A stretch of 64,000 bases of DNA from Candidatus Blackallbacteria bacterium (lineage in GTDB: Bacteria; Cyanobacteriota; Sericytochromatia; UBA7694). The notes under the pieces are model-generated. The model saw only the letters and a list, made by a program, of their open reading frames with translations. It was not told where the DNA came from and ran no database searches. The translations under genes were made by a program, and so were the position numbers. This document shows, one piece after another, positions 9,196 to 18,338 of this stretch (position 1 is the stretch's first letter; each line of letters starts with the position of its first letter). The DNA is taken from contig JBPXJQ010000040.1 in assembly GCA_051715345.1 (NCBI GenBank), positions 92-64,091 on the forward strand, written 5' to 3'.

Positions 9196-9711
9196 ATGTA
9201 TCAAGTCAAAGAACTGGCCCAATGGGGTGGCGTATCCATCCGTACCCTGCATCACTACGACCAAACAGGCCAAAGAATGAAAATCAAGGAGATGTTTAAA
9301 GGCATGGACAAACAAGCGATTGAAGCCCACAAAGAAAAATATGCCCAAGAGGTGGAGGAGCGTTGGGGACAGACCCCTGCCTATAAACAGAGCCAACAAA
9401 AGACCGCCCATTATACAGCCCAAGACTGGGAGCGCATTCAGGCCCGCACAGCTGCGATTTATGAACAGATCGTGGCCGGCATGAGCCGGGGCCATGCTGA
9501 TCCCGAGGTACAGGCGGCTGTAGCGGATTTGCGTCAAAGCTTTTGTGATTATTATTATGATTGCACCCCTGAAATTTTTAAGGGGCTGGGTGAGATGTAT
9601 CTGGCTGATGAACGCTTCACAGCTTTTTACGAAAACATACAACCCGGATTGACGGCTTTTTTAAGCCAGGCAATTGCACATTATTGTGAACATTTGCCAG
9701 AGTCAAACTGA
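9196..9711 (+). CDS. MerR/TipAS (Mta-like) protein with most of the DNA-binding and coiled-coil region missing
   Basis: MYQVKELAQWGGVSIRTLHHYD joined directly to the TipAS domain (YAQEVEERWG, YDCTPEIFKGLGEMYLADERF); RBS GGAGG. Confidence 0.8.
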   Translation: MYQVKELAQWGGVSIRTLHHYDQTGQRMKIKEMFKGMDKQAIEAHKEKYAQEVEERWGQTPAYKQSQQKTAHYTAQDWERIQARTAAIYEQIVAGMSRGHADPEVQAAVADLRQSFCDYYYDCTPEIFKGLGEMYLADERFTAFYENIQPGLTAFLSQAIAHYCEHLPESN

Positions 9712-9721
9712 GCCGAATCAG

Positions 9722-9753
9722 ACGGGAAGAAACGACTTTTCTTCCCGTTTTTT
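9722..9753 (+). terminator. Rho-independent terminator
   Basis: ACGGGAAGAAA-loop-TTTCTTCCCGT followed by a T run. Confidence 0.75.
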
Positions 9754-9840
9754 CGTGGACATCGCCATCCAATCTTGGCCTTAGCTGTATAATTAGAAAG
9801 TCGTTTTTGGTAACACTATTCAGCTGGTTGGGGATGCCCT

Positions 9841-12231
9841 ATGTCGCAAAAGAAATACTGTATCAACTGTTTTTGTATCCTCAATGCTGAGGTGACGATC
9901 TGCTCGCGCTGCAAATACACCCAGGTCCTCGAAGAAAGCCCACTCTATCTCAAGCCCCCTGTGCGCTTGATGGACCAGTATTATGTGGGCCGTGTGCTCG
10001 GTCATGGGGGGTTTGCGATTACCTATCTGGCCTATGACCGCAATTTGGGCATGTTGGTGGCGATCAAAGAGTACTTCCCGATTGAATTTGCGACCCGCGA
10101 CAGCGAAGATCTCTCAGTGGTGCCTTTTATTGGCAAAGCGGCAGAACTCTTTCAGGCTGGCAAAGACAAATTTTTGAAAGAGGCCCGCCTGCTGGCCAAT
10201 TTCCGCAGCCCGAACATCGTCAAAATTCGCCAGTATTTCACAGCTTATAATACCGCATATTTTGTGATGGAGTATCTCACGGGCCAGACCCTGAACCAAT
10301 ACATCAAAGAGCAGGGGGGGAAATTGCCCTTTGCCCGTGTACGCGAAATTTTAATGCTTTTGCTGGATGCCCTCGACGAAGTGCATGAAAATGCAATTTT
10401 TCACCGGGATATTAAACCGGATAATATCTACCTCACAGCCAAAGGGGACCCAATTCTGCTGGATTTTGGCGCAGCCCGCCAGAGTCTCTCTTCGCAGACC
10501 ACCCATCTGCTCTCGTTTTTAACCCCCGGTTTTGCAGCGGCCGAGCAATATTCCACCAATGGCGTTCAAGGCCCCTGGACAGATATCTACTCCTTGGCGG
10601 CCACGGTCTATTACGCCCTGACAGGCGTCTTGCCGCCGGTGCCCTCCGATCGCTTGCTCGGAGATGCAGAGCTGATTGCCCCCTCCAAACTGGGTTCGGA
10701 TATCTTGCCCCGCGACGAAGAATGGCTGTTAAAAGCCCTGTCTTTGCAGTGGAGTCAGCGTCCAGGCAATATCAAAGCCTGGCGCGCAATGATCGAAGAG
10801 CCGCTCAACAATATCCATTTTGACATCGACACCCAAATTCGCAATGCCGAAGAAAATTTCACCAAAATTGCAGTATTGCCCAAACTCACCCATCAAATTC
10901 TCACCCCCCAAGACGAGCAATTGATCTATGATTCTGCGGCATTTATGGCCATTTCTGCCGAACGGGTCAAGGCCCTGATCGAAAAGGCCCTGAATGATAC
11001 CGGTTCCAAACGGGGGCATACTCCCTGGTGGGAAGCCGAAGAGGCAAAAAAAGAAGCAGAGCAAAAACGCCTGGAAGAAGAAGCACAGCAAGAATCCGAT
11101 CGCCTGCTCGAAGAACAGGAGAAACAAAAACAAGCCGAAGAAATCGCGAAAAGGGAAGCCGAGTTACAACGCAAAGAAGCCGAATTGCGCCAAAAAGAGG
11201 CCCATTTGCGCCGGGAAGAAGAACTGCAGCGCCGGGAAGAGGAGTTGCGCCAAAAAGAAGCCGAATTGCTGCGCAAGGCCCAAACCCCAGCAGAGGCAAC
11301 ACCCCCTGCCCCGCCCCCCAAAGCCGCTCAGCGCAATCTTTCGAATCAGGATCTTGAAGATCTGGCAGATCTCTCTGATGAACTCGAAGATCTGGTCAAA
11401 CTCTTTGAAACCCCCTCTGCGGATCCGATTAAAGCGCCACAAGCGTCACCCCGTGCCACCCTCGATGCCCATTACGCCAAATTGGCAAGCAAACTCTCAG
11501 ATATTCCCGTTTCAAAAACCCGCTTGATTGTGCCGGGTCCCTTGCCCTCACGCATCAGCAATGGCTTGGGCATGGATTTTGTCTTGATCACTCCCCCACC
11601 CCCCGACTCAGCCAAGGCATTTTCGGTGGGTCCCCCGGAGTGGGGCTTTCAACCCCTCTCACAACGCGCCTTTTATCTGCAGGCCACCCCCGTCACCCAG
11701 CGCCATTGGCAGATGTTGATGTACAACAATCCCTCGCAATTTAACGAAGATCCGCTTTTGCCCGTTGAGCAAGTCAGCTGGGACGATTGCCAGCTCTTTG
11801 TGATTCGCATGAATCAATTCCAAGAGGCCCATTATCGCCTGCCGACCGAAGTGGAGTGGGAATATGCCTGTTCGGGCTGCAACCAAAAGAAATACCTCTT
11901 TTGTGAATCGGAATCTGAACTGGGTCACCATGGCTGGTATGCCGAAAACGCCCATCAGCACACCCATCCGGTGGGCATGAAACGCGCCAATCCCAATGGT
12001 CTGTTTGATGTTCTCGGCAATGTCTGGGAATGGACCCAAGATCCCTTCATCCCCCTGACAGAACCCCAAGCGCCAGGCCCGACGAATCGCAAACGCCTGC
12101 CTCAGCGCACGGCCCGAGGCGGGGGTTGGAACACCTCTGCAGCCACTTTCCAGGCCCGGGCCAGAACCGGTGAAGTGCCCCATCAGCGCAAACCCGATCT
12201 CGGCTTTCGACTGGTGATTGAGATTGTCTAA
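9841..12231 (+). CDS. Ser/Thr kinase with Zn ribbon, coiled coil and FGE-sulfatase domain
   Basis: CINC..CSRC; LGHGGFAITY, VAIKEY, HRDIKPDN, LLDFG, DIYSL; EAELRQK heptads; YRLPTEVEWEYAC, GNVWEW, LGFRL. Confidence 0.92.
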   Translation: MSQKKYCINCFCILNAEVTICSRCKYTQVLEESPLYLKPPVRLMDQYYVGRVLGHGGFAITYLAYDRNLGMLVAIKEYFPIEFATRDSEDLSVVPFIGKAAELFQAGKDKFLKEARLLANFRSPNIVKIRQYFTAYNTAYFVMEYLTGQTLNQYIKEQGGKLPFARVREILMLLLDALDEVHENAIFHRDIKPDNIYLTAKGDPILLDFGAARQSLSSQTTHLLSFLTPGFAAAEQYSTNGVQGPWTDIYSLAATVYYALTGVLPPVPSDRLLGDAELIAPSKLGSDILPRDEEWLLKALSLQWSQRPGNIKAWRAMIEEPLNNIHFDIDTQIRNAEENFTKIAVLPKLTHQILTPQDEQLIYDSAAFMAISAERVKALIEKALNDTGSKRGHTPWWEAEEAKKEAEQKRLEEEAQQESDRLLEEQEKQKQAEEIAKREAELQRKEAELRQKEAHLRREEELQRREEELRQKEAELLRKAQTPAEATPPAPPPKAAQRNLSNQDLEDLADLSDELEDLVKLFETPSADPIKAPQASPRATLDAHYAKLASKLSDIPVSKTRLIVPGPLPSRISNGLGMDFVLITPPPPDSAKAFSVGPPEWGFQPLSQRAFYLQATPVTQRHWQMLMYNNPSQFNEDPLLPVEQVSWDDCQLFVIRMNQFQEAHYRLPTEVEWEYACSGCNQKKYLFCESESELGHHGWYAENAHQHTHPVGMKRANPNGLFDVLGNVWEWTQDPFIPLTEPQAPGPTNRKRLPQRTARGGGWNTSAATFQARARTGEVPHQRKPDLGFRLVIEIV

Positions 12232-12787
12232 GCACTCGCCTTCAGGGCTGATTGAAATTGAGAGCAATACAGAAACCTGGCAGGCCCAGAGTTTGCCCCT
12301 GCCCTGGAACCATCCGGCCTTGCGCAAACAGCTGCAAAAAACAGCGGGTTTGGCAGGCCTGGCTTTGCTTTTGGCGGTCTTGGAGTTTCAAACGGTACTG
12401 ACTGCGGGCATTCGCGGTTTTTTTCCGGGCCTGCTGGGCTTGGGGGCGTTTGTGCTGTTGATGGGGCTGATGCGCCATCGGGAACAGGTCGTGGAAGTGC
12501 GGGTCGATGCCAGACAGATTCAGATTTGGGAAGGCCCTCTGAATGAGCGTGGACTGGCCAGGGCTGAAGCGGAACAGACAGGCGTCACGGGCTATGCTGG
12601 CCTGAGCATTCCCCGCGAAGCTGTGGCTCAAATTGAAATGGGGCAGGCCGCCACGGGCCGGATCCGCTCCTTGCCGGTCTTGCAATTGAGACTCAAAGGG
12701 CAAAACGAGGCCATTTGTATCGGCAGTGGGCTGCCAGAAGCCGATTTGGATTGGCTCAAAACAGACCTCAAAGATTGGCTCAGCTGA
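12218..12787 (+). CDS. Hypothetical membrane protein
   Basis: Two hydrophobic helices plus a soluble C-terminus; in line with the kinase gene; start uncertain. Confidence 0.55.
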   Translation: MRLSKHSPSGLIEIESNTETWQAQSLPLPWNHPALRKQLQKTAGLAGLALLLAVLEFQTVLTAGIRGFFPGLLGLGAFVLLMGLMRHREQVVEVRVDARQIQIWEGPLNERGLARAEAEQTGVTGYAGLSIPREAVAQIEMGQAATGRIRSLPVLQLRLKGQNEAICIGSGLPEADLDWLKTDLKDWLS

Positions 12788-12806
12788 GGCCGTGTTAAAA
12801 TACAGT

Positions 12807-13568
12807 ATGCCTCTCCCCTATCGTCAATTGCCCGTTTTACTCCTACTGACTGTCTTGCTCCAGGCCCAGACAGTCCCCCTGACGGGCGTGATCGAGCAAA
12901 TTACCTCACAACAGCAGCTGAATATTGCTTCGGGAGAACTCAAAGGGCAAACGGTGCTGCGGCTCAGCAGCGTGCCTGCCAAAACCATGCGGGTCTATTT
13001 TCCCAGCAACCGGGTCTTGAACCAAGTCAGTTTGGGCGGCCAGCCCCTGCGCTTTAACCACCAGGGTGGCTTTTTGACCATTTTTATCGAAGGCCAGAGT
13101 TCCGCCCCCAATCAACCCCAAAACATGCGTTTGAGTTATAGCTCCAAACAAGAGAGTGTCCAAGGCCCCTCTCCACTTTTTGAACTCGAAAATTACCGCT
13201 TAAATTATGTGCTACAAACCGCTTCGGGTGTGTTTAAGGCCCAGAGCCACTTTCAACTCAAAGGCAAAAAAACGGCAGCCTCAGGCATGCCCACATTGCC
13301 TGCGCCCCGCACCATTCACTTGGCCCTGAACCGGGTCTTTACCGTCGAAGCGGTTCAAAGTGGGGGCCGGGCCTTGGCCTTTCAGCACAGGCAAGGCCAA
13401 CTCAGAATCCAATTGCCAGGCCCACTGACCGCCGGTCGTTCGTATTCCCTCGAAGTGCGCTACAGTGGTAAACTTCCAGCAGGCAATAAATACCAAATTT
13501 GGGACATGCCCTTCGGTGGCGGCCCCTATTATTATCCCGCCCATCCCCTTTTGCCTGGAGCTTATTAG
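12807..13568 (+). CDS. Secreted protein with two tandem domains resembling the M1 aminopeptidase N-terminal beta domain
   Basis: Signal peptide after ATG 12807; internal repeat NRVL.QV...G..L.F.HQ.G.L.I....Y.S; no HExxH. Confidence 0.55.
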   Translation: MPLPYRQLPVLLLLTVLLQAQTVPLTGVIEQITSQQQLNIASGELKGQTVLRLSSVPAKTMRVYFPSNRVLNQVSLGGQPLRFNHQGGFLTIFIEGQSSAPNQPQNMRLSYSSKQESVQGPSPLFELENYRLNYVLQTASGVFKAQSHFQLKGKKTAASGMPTLPAPRTIHLALNRVFTVEAVQSGGRALAFQHRQGQLRIQLPGPLTAGRSYSLEVRYSGKLPAGNKYQIWDMPFGGGPYYYPAHPLLPGAY

Positions 13569-13579
13569 GAGCCTCTCAA

Positions 13580-14917
13580 ATGTCTGCCACAGCCTCAGAA
13601 ACCCCTTTGCCGACGATCTCTGCCCCAATTAAAAATCAGCCCCGCAGCGTGGCTTTTTTGGCCCTGGGCTGTCGGCTGAATCAGGCAGAAGAGAGCACCT
13701 ACCGCGAACACAGCCTCGAAAGTGGCTGGAAGATCGTGGATTTTCGCCAGGTGGCAGACATCTATATCGTCAATACCTGTGCTGTGACCCTCGAAGCCGA
13801 GCGGCAATCGCGCCAAATGATCCGCCAGGCCCGGCGGCGCAACCCGCAGGCCACGGTGGTGGTAACCGGCTGTGCTGGGCGCTCCTTGCAGGGCCACCCC
13901 GAAATGGAGGGTGTGGCGGATCTGTATATTCCCAATCTCGACAAAGAGCAATTGGTGCCTCAATTGCGGCAGTTTTTGGGCGAAGAGTTACATCCCCACT
14001 TTGAGCGGCCCTTTCCGCCTGTGGCGGAGTCCCGCACCACACGCCTAAATCTCAAGGTCGCGGATGGCTGTTTTGAATCCTGCGCCTTTTGCATTATTCC
14101 CGCCCGGCGCGGCACGGTGCGAAGCTTGCAAATCGACGAGATTATCAAACGGATTCAATTGGCTGAGACCCTGGGCTACCAAGAGGTGGTCCTCACCGCC
14201 GTGCATCTCGGGGCCTTGGGCCACGAGCAAAACCGCCACGATCTGGACTTGCTCTTTGAGCGCATCAACAGCGAGACGACGATGCCCGCTGTGCGCCTGA
14301 GTTCGATTGACCCCCACGAAATTTCCCCACGCATGATCGCGGCTCTGGCCGCTTCGCCCCGGCTCTGTCCGTTTTTGCATATTCCGATTCAAAGTGGCTC
14401 CGATGCCATCTTGCAGCGCATGCGCCGCCGCGATACCTCCGCCGGCATTCGTGAGACAGTCTTGGCCCTCAAAGCCGCGATTCCCGGCATTTCGCTGACG
14501 ACAGACATGATTGTCGGTTTTCCGGGTGAAACAGATGAAGATTTTGAAGCCTCTTATGCCCTGATGGCCGAACTCGGCATTCACAAAATCCACGTCTTTC
14601 CTTTCTCAGTGCGGCCTGGCACCCGTGCCGCATATATGAAAGACAAATTGCCCGAGGCCCTGATTCAGGAGCGCACACAAAAATTGCTCGAACTCAGCCG
14701 TGTCCAGCAAAAGGCCTGGATTGAGAGCTGGCAGGGCAAAGAGGCCCCGGTTTTGATCGAAACGATCACTTCAGATGGGGTGGGCAAAGGCTATACGCCT
14801 CATTATTTGCGCGTGCAGGTGCCCGGCTGCAGCCAAGCGGATCACAATACCTTTTTGCCTGTCACGATCACCGGTGCACTTTGGGAGCAGGAAGTGGCGC
14901 TGGGGACACGACTCTAG
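13580..14917 (+). CDS. mtaB: tRNA methylthiotransferase MtaB
   Basis: LGCRLNQAE, VNTCAVT, VVTGC, radical SAM motif GCFESCAFC, HIPIQSGSD, HVFPFSVRPGT; ATG 13580 follows AGGAG. Confidence 0.88.
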   Translation: MSATASETPLPTISAPIKNQPRSVAFLALGCRLNQAEESTYREHSLESGWKIVDFRQVADIYIVNTCAVTLEAERQSRQMIRQARRRNPQATVVVTGCAGRSLQGHPEMEGVADLYIPNLDKEQLVPQLRQFLGEELHPHFERPFPPVAESRTTRLNLKVADGCFESCAFCIIPARRGTVRSLQIDEIIKRIQLAETLGYQEVVLTAVHLGALGHEQNRHDLDLLFERINSETTMPAVRLSSIDPHEISPRMIAALAASPRLCPFLHIPIQSGSDAILQRMRRRDTSAGIRETVLALKAAIPGISLTTDMIVGFPGETDEDFEASYALMAELGIHKIHVFPFSVRPGTRAAYMKDKLPEALIQERTQKLLELSRVQQKAWIESWQGKEAPVLIETITSDGVGKGYTPHYLRVQVPGCSQADHNTFLPVTITGALWEQEVALGTRL

Positions 14918-14947
14918 GGACACAGCTCCAAGCCCAGAATCGAAGGC

Positions 14948-15526
14948 TTAAGCCGATTTGGAGTTGGCTTTTTTATTGGCTTTTTGAAGTTTGGGAAAGA
15001 AAAACAAATAGAGCCCGCTCAGCCAGAGTGAAAGCAGAATCAGGCCCGAGGGCAAAAAGACAGCCTTGCGAACAACGGGGTGAAAGAAATCCCCTTCGTG
15101 GAATTTCTGCAAAACGCCGCTAAGGCGAAATTGATGGTGGAGCAAATCGCCACTGCTGGCATCGAACTGATATTCGAAATCGTTTTTCAGGCGCACCTGG
15201 TAGACCCCTTTGCCAGGATTAAAAATCACCGAACCCACATCTTTCCAGCTTTTGACCTCGGCCTCAGGCAGGCCTTTGAGTTTGGTCAAAAGGGCCTCAT
15301 GGGTAAACTGGGGACTGCTCAAAGCGACGCTGCCTGTGCGGGTTTTGGGTTGAACCCATTCAAAGTCTCCCCGCACGATCAGCAAAATACCCGTGATGAT
15401 CGTAATCAAAAGCGGAAGGGCAATCACCAAAGCAGCGCGACGGTGCCAGACCCGGCCTGTGGCAAAAAAGCGGCGGCCCAAAGACAGTTGAGGGGTGGGT
15501 TTCGATGTAGGGGTAGATTCAGTCAT
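14948..15526 (-). CDS. PepSY-associated TM helix membrane protein
   Basis: WHRRAALVIALPLLITIITG, LQKFHEG, LSGLYL; start placed at ATG 15526. Confidence 0.8.
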   Translation of the reverse strand: MTESTPTSKPTPQLSLGRRFFATGRVWHRRAALVIALPLLITIITGILLIVRGDFEWVQPKTRTGSVALSSPQFTHEALLTKLKGLPEAEVKSWKDVGSVIFNPGKGVYQVRLKNDFEYQFDASSGDLLHHQFRLSGVLQKFHEGDFFHPVVRKAVFLPSGLILLSLWLSGLYLFFFPKLQKANKKANSKSA

Positions 15527-15733
15527 TGCTAGCTCCAAGGCGGGAAGCCTTTTTGATCTTAAATTCAAGGAAACATAAGCATTATAGCACCGTAAGCTCA
15601 GCAAATCGGTCAGCAAAGTATCCAGCTTAAACGGCAAAAATGGCGAAATGAAAAGAACCCCCACCGGCAGAACCGGCAGGGGTTAATTTAGCTGTACTCT
15701 AAATAATTTAGAAAAAAACTTAGGCTTAGGTAT

Positions 15734-16003
15734 TTAGGGTTTGGGGGTTTTGGTGGGTTTGGGGCAGGGATGACGGCCATCATCGGGACAGGGATGGCGG
15801 TCGGTGTCTGCATCTACAGCCACGAAACTGTGAGCAGGGGGTGGGGTTTTGCTGGGTTTGGGGCAGGGGTGGCGGCCATCACCGGGACAGGGATGGCGAT
15901 CAGATTCAACAGCCACAGCGGCCTGATAAGAAGTGGAAAGGGTCATTTGGGTGCCGATCAAAGCAGTCAGGGCAGCCAGGGCAACAAAAAGGGTACGTGC
16001 CAT
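15734..16003 (-). CDS. Small secreted peptide with two DRHPCPxDGRHPCPKP cassettes
   Basis: RBS GAGG, signal peptide, duplicated His/Cys/Pro-rich cores. Confidence 0.75.
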   Translation of the reverse strand: MARTLFVALAALTALIGTQMTLSTSYQAAVAVESDRHPCPGDGRHPCPKPSKTPPPAHSFVAVDADTDRHPCPDDGRHPCPKPTKTPKP

Positions 16004-16118
16004 TTGAATAAAACCTCACAAAACAAATTTTAGAGTATCAGTTAAGATCAATATTAATCTATTCTTAACACAAAGTAAATAGATTTTTGATTATTTTAAG
16101 TATAAATGATTTAAATTG

Positions 16119-16141
16119 TAATTGCAAATCATTTGCAATTA
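16119..16141. promoter_or_regulatory. Perfect 23-bp palindrome, Fur-family-like operator
   Basis: TAATTGCAAAT-C-ATTTGCAATTA in the AT-rich divergent intergenic region. Confidence 0.6.
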
Positions 16142-16197
16142 AGTTCTCATTTTGAACAAGTGCTGCTAAAATGAATCCCAATACTCGACAGATCCGG

Positions 16198-16902
16198 ATG
16201 CCCATGTTAAAAATTTCTGCTTTGCGCAAAGAATACAAAGACAAAACCGCCCTGGTCGGCCTTGATTTGGATGTGCCCGCGGGGGATATCTTCTGCCTGC
16301 TTGGCCCCAATGGGGCAGGCAAAACAACCACCGTCAATCTGCTCTTAAATTTTATTCAGCCCAGCTCTGGCAGCGCCACCATCAACGGCTTTGATGTCAC
16401 CCGTCAGGCCCTCGAAACCAAAAAGCACCTGGCGTATATCCCCGAATTGGTGATGTTGTACAAACACCTCAACGGCTTGGAAAATCTGGAATACTTCAGC
16501 TCTTTGGCAGGTCACCGCTATGACCGCAGCCAATTGGGCGATTTTTTAAAACGGGCCGGATTGCCGCTGGAGGCCCATGCCCGCCCAGTCGGCGGCTATT
16601 CCAAAGGCATGCGTCAAAAAGTCGGCATTGCCATGGCGATTGCCAAAAAAGCCGGATTGCTGATTCTCGATGAACCCACCTCGGGGCTCGACCCCAAGGC
16701 GTCTTGGGAGTTTTCGGAATTGCTCAAACAACTCGCGGGCGAAGGATCCGCGATTTTTATGGTCACCCACGATCTGTTTCGCGTCAAAGAAATGGGGGCC
16801 CGCGTGGGCATTCTCAAAGCGGGCGAATTGGTGGCCCAGATGAATACCGAAGAGATCAACCACAGCGACCTCGAACAGGTCTATTTGAAGTATATGCATT
16901 AG
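16198..16902 (+). CDS. ABC transporter ATP-binding protein
   Basis: GPNGAGKTT, YSKGMRQ, ILDEPTSGLDP, VTHD. Confidence 0.93.
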   Translation: MPMLKISALRKEYKDKTALVGLDLDVPAGDIFCLLGPNGAGKTTTVNLLLNFIQPSSGSATINGFDVTRQALETKKHLAYIPELVMLYKHLNGLENLEYFSSLAGHRYDRSQLGDFLKRAGLPLEAHARPVGGYSKGMRQKVGIAMAIAKKAGLLILDEPTSGLDPKASWEFSELLKQLAGEGSAIFMVTHDLFRVKEMGARVGILKAGELVAQMNTEEINHSDLEQVYLKYMH

Positions 16903-16906
16903 CCCC

Positions 16907-18331
16907 ATGCAAGCAGATATCATCGGCATCATCGCTCAAAAAGAATTCAAGCAGGTCTGGCTCGATGGCCGCTTTCGCTGGATCTTTGGCATCTTATTGC
17001 TCCTGTTCGGCTTGGCTGGCTGGGCGGGTTTCAGCCAGCAGCAGGATTACCGCTCCCAATTTGAACACGCCATGCACGAACAGCGTGAACTCTGGGTCAA
17101 CAAAGGTGAGATGAACCCCCACTCGGCTGCCCACCACGGTATGCATGTGTTTAAACCGGCTTCATTGGTGGCTGCGCTTGATCAAGGCCTGCAGGCCTAT
17201 TTGGGGGTCTCGCTCTTTTTGGAGGCCCACAAACAAAACCAAAGCCGCTATCGCCAAGCCGAAGACGGCACCGTCTTGCAGCGCTTTGCCATTATGAACG
17301 CCGCCACCGTGGCCGAGGTCATGGTGCCCCTGATGATTATTCTCTTGAGTTTTGGGGCTTTTGCCAGTGAGCGCGAAAGCGGAACACTGCGCCAATTATT
17401 GAGTCTGGGTCTGCCCCCCAGCCAGCTCTGGCTGGGAAAGATGCTCGGCCTCAGTGCCAGTTTGGCCGTGCTTTTGCTGCCTTTGGCCCTGCTCGGGTTG
17501 GGCACGCTTTGGCTCGCTGGGGGAGCAGAGACCTTTGTCAGTGGGGCCCCGCGCCTGCTGAGTTGGCTGGGCTTACACGCCCTCTATTGGCTCTTGTTTT
17601 TGTGGGGCGGTTTGCTGATCTCTGCCCGCTGTCGCACAGCCCGCTTGGCCCTGCTGCTTTTGTTGGCCTTTTGGTTCAGCAACAGTTTTGTGGGTCCCCG
17701 TTTGGGCATGATGGTGGCTTCGCTTTTGCACAAAGCCCCCACTTCGGTTGAATTACAAGCGGCGATTGAAGCCGACGCAGCGAAAGTCATGGACTGGGAC
17801 ACGCGCACGCAAAAAGTGGAAGCGCGGCTCTTGAAGCAATACGGCGTAAAAAAAATCCAAGACCTGCCCGTCAATCCCGCGGGTTTGATTCTGGCCGATG
17901 CCGAACTTGACGATGCCCGCGTCTACCAAATCCATCTCGACCGCTTGCAAAACGACTGGCAAAACCAGTGGCGGGTCTTTGCCAAACTGGGCCTTCTGCT
18001 GCCTGGCATGGCTGTGCAAAACCTCTCAATGGGTCTTGCCGGAAGCGATTGGCAGCACCACCGCCACTTTGCGGCGGCCGCAGAGGCCTACCGCCTGGAC
18101 TTTGTGCAGCGCATGAATACCGATGTGAGCCGCAAAACCCAGGCTGTGGATGCCTATGAATACACCGCCGGCAAAGAGCTCTGGGAGGCGGTCAAACCCT
18201 TTCACTACGATTTACCTGCCCTGGCCTGGGTCTGGCAGCAACAACTGAGCGGCCTGCTGATCCTGGCCGGCTGGACCCTGCTCTTGGCCCTGCTCACCCC
18301 GTTGGCTCTCAAACGCATGCCGGTGGACTGA
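16907..18331 (+). CDS. ABC-2 permease, DUF3526 type
   Basis: NPHSAAHHG, FLEAHKQN, ERESGTLRQLLS, LAGSD..HH.HF..AAE.YR. Confidence 0.85.
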   Translation: MQADIIGIIAQKEFKQVWLDGRFRWIFGILLLLFGLAGWAGFSQQQDYRSQFEHAMHEQRELWVNKGEMNPHSAAHHGMHVFKPASLVAALDQGLQAYLGVSLFLEAHKQNQSRYRQAEDGTVLQRFAIMNAATVAEVMVPLMIILLSFGAFASERESGTLRQLLSLGLPPSQLWLGKMLGLSASLAVLLLPLALLGLGTLWLAGGAETFVSGAPRLLSWLGLHALYWLLFLWGGLLISARCRTARLALLLLLAFWFSNSFVGPRLGMMVASLLHKAPTSVELQAAIEADAAKVMDWDTRTQKVEARLLKQYGVKKIQDLPVNPAGLILADAELDDARVYQIHLDRLQNDWQNQWRVFAKLGLLLPGMAVQNLSMGLAGSDWQHHRHFAAAAEAYRLDFVQRMNTDVSRKTQAVDAYEYTAGKELWEAVKPFHYDLPALAWVWQQQLSGLLILAGWTLLLALLTPLALKRMPVD

Positions 18332-18338
18332 GGAAAAA

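Noticed and set aside
10729-11527. Stack of long alternative-frame ORFs
   Set aside because: Shadows of the low-complexity coiled-coil coding region of the kinase.
1860-12231. Diversity-generating retroelement targeting the two FGE domains
   Set aside because: No reverse transcriptase and no near-identical template/variable repeat pair in the window.
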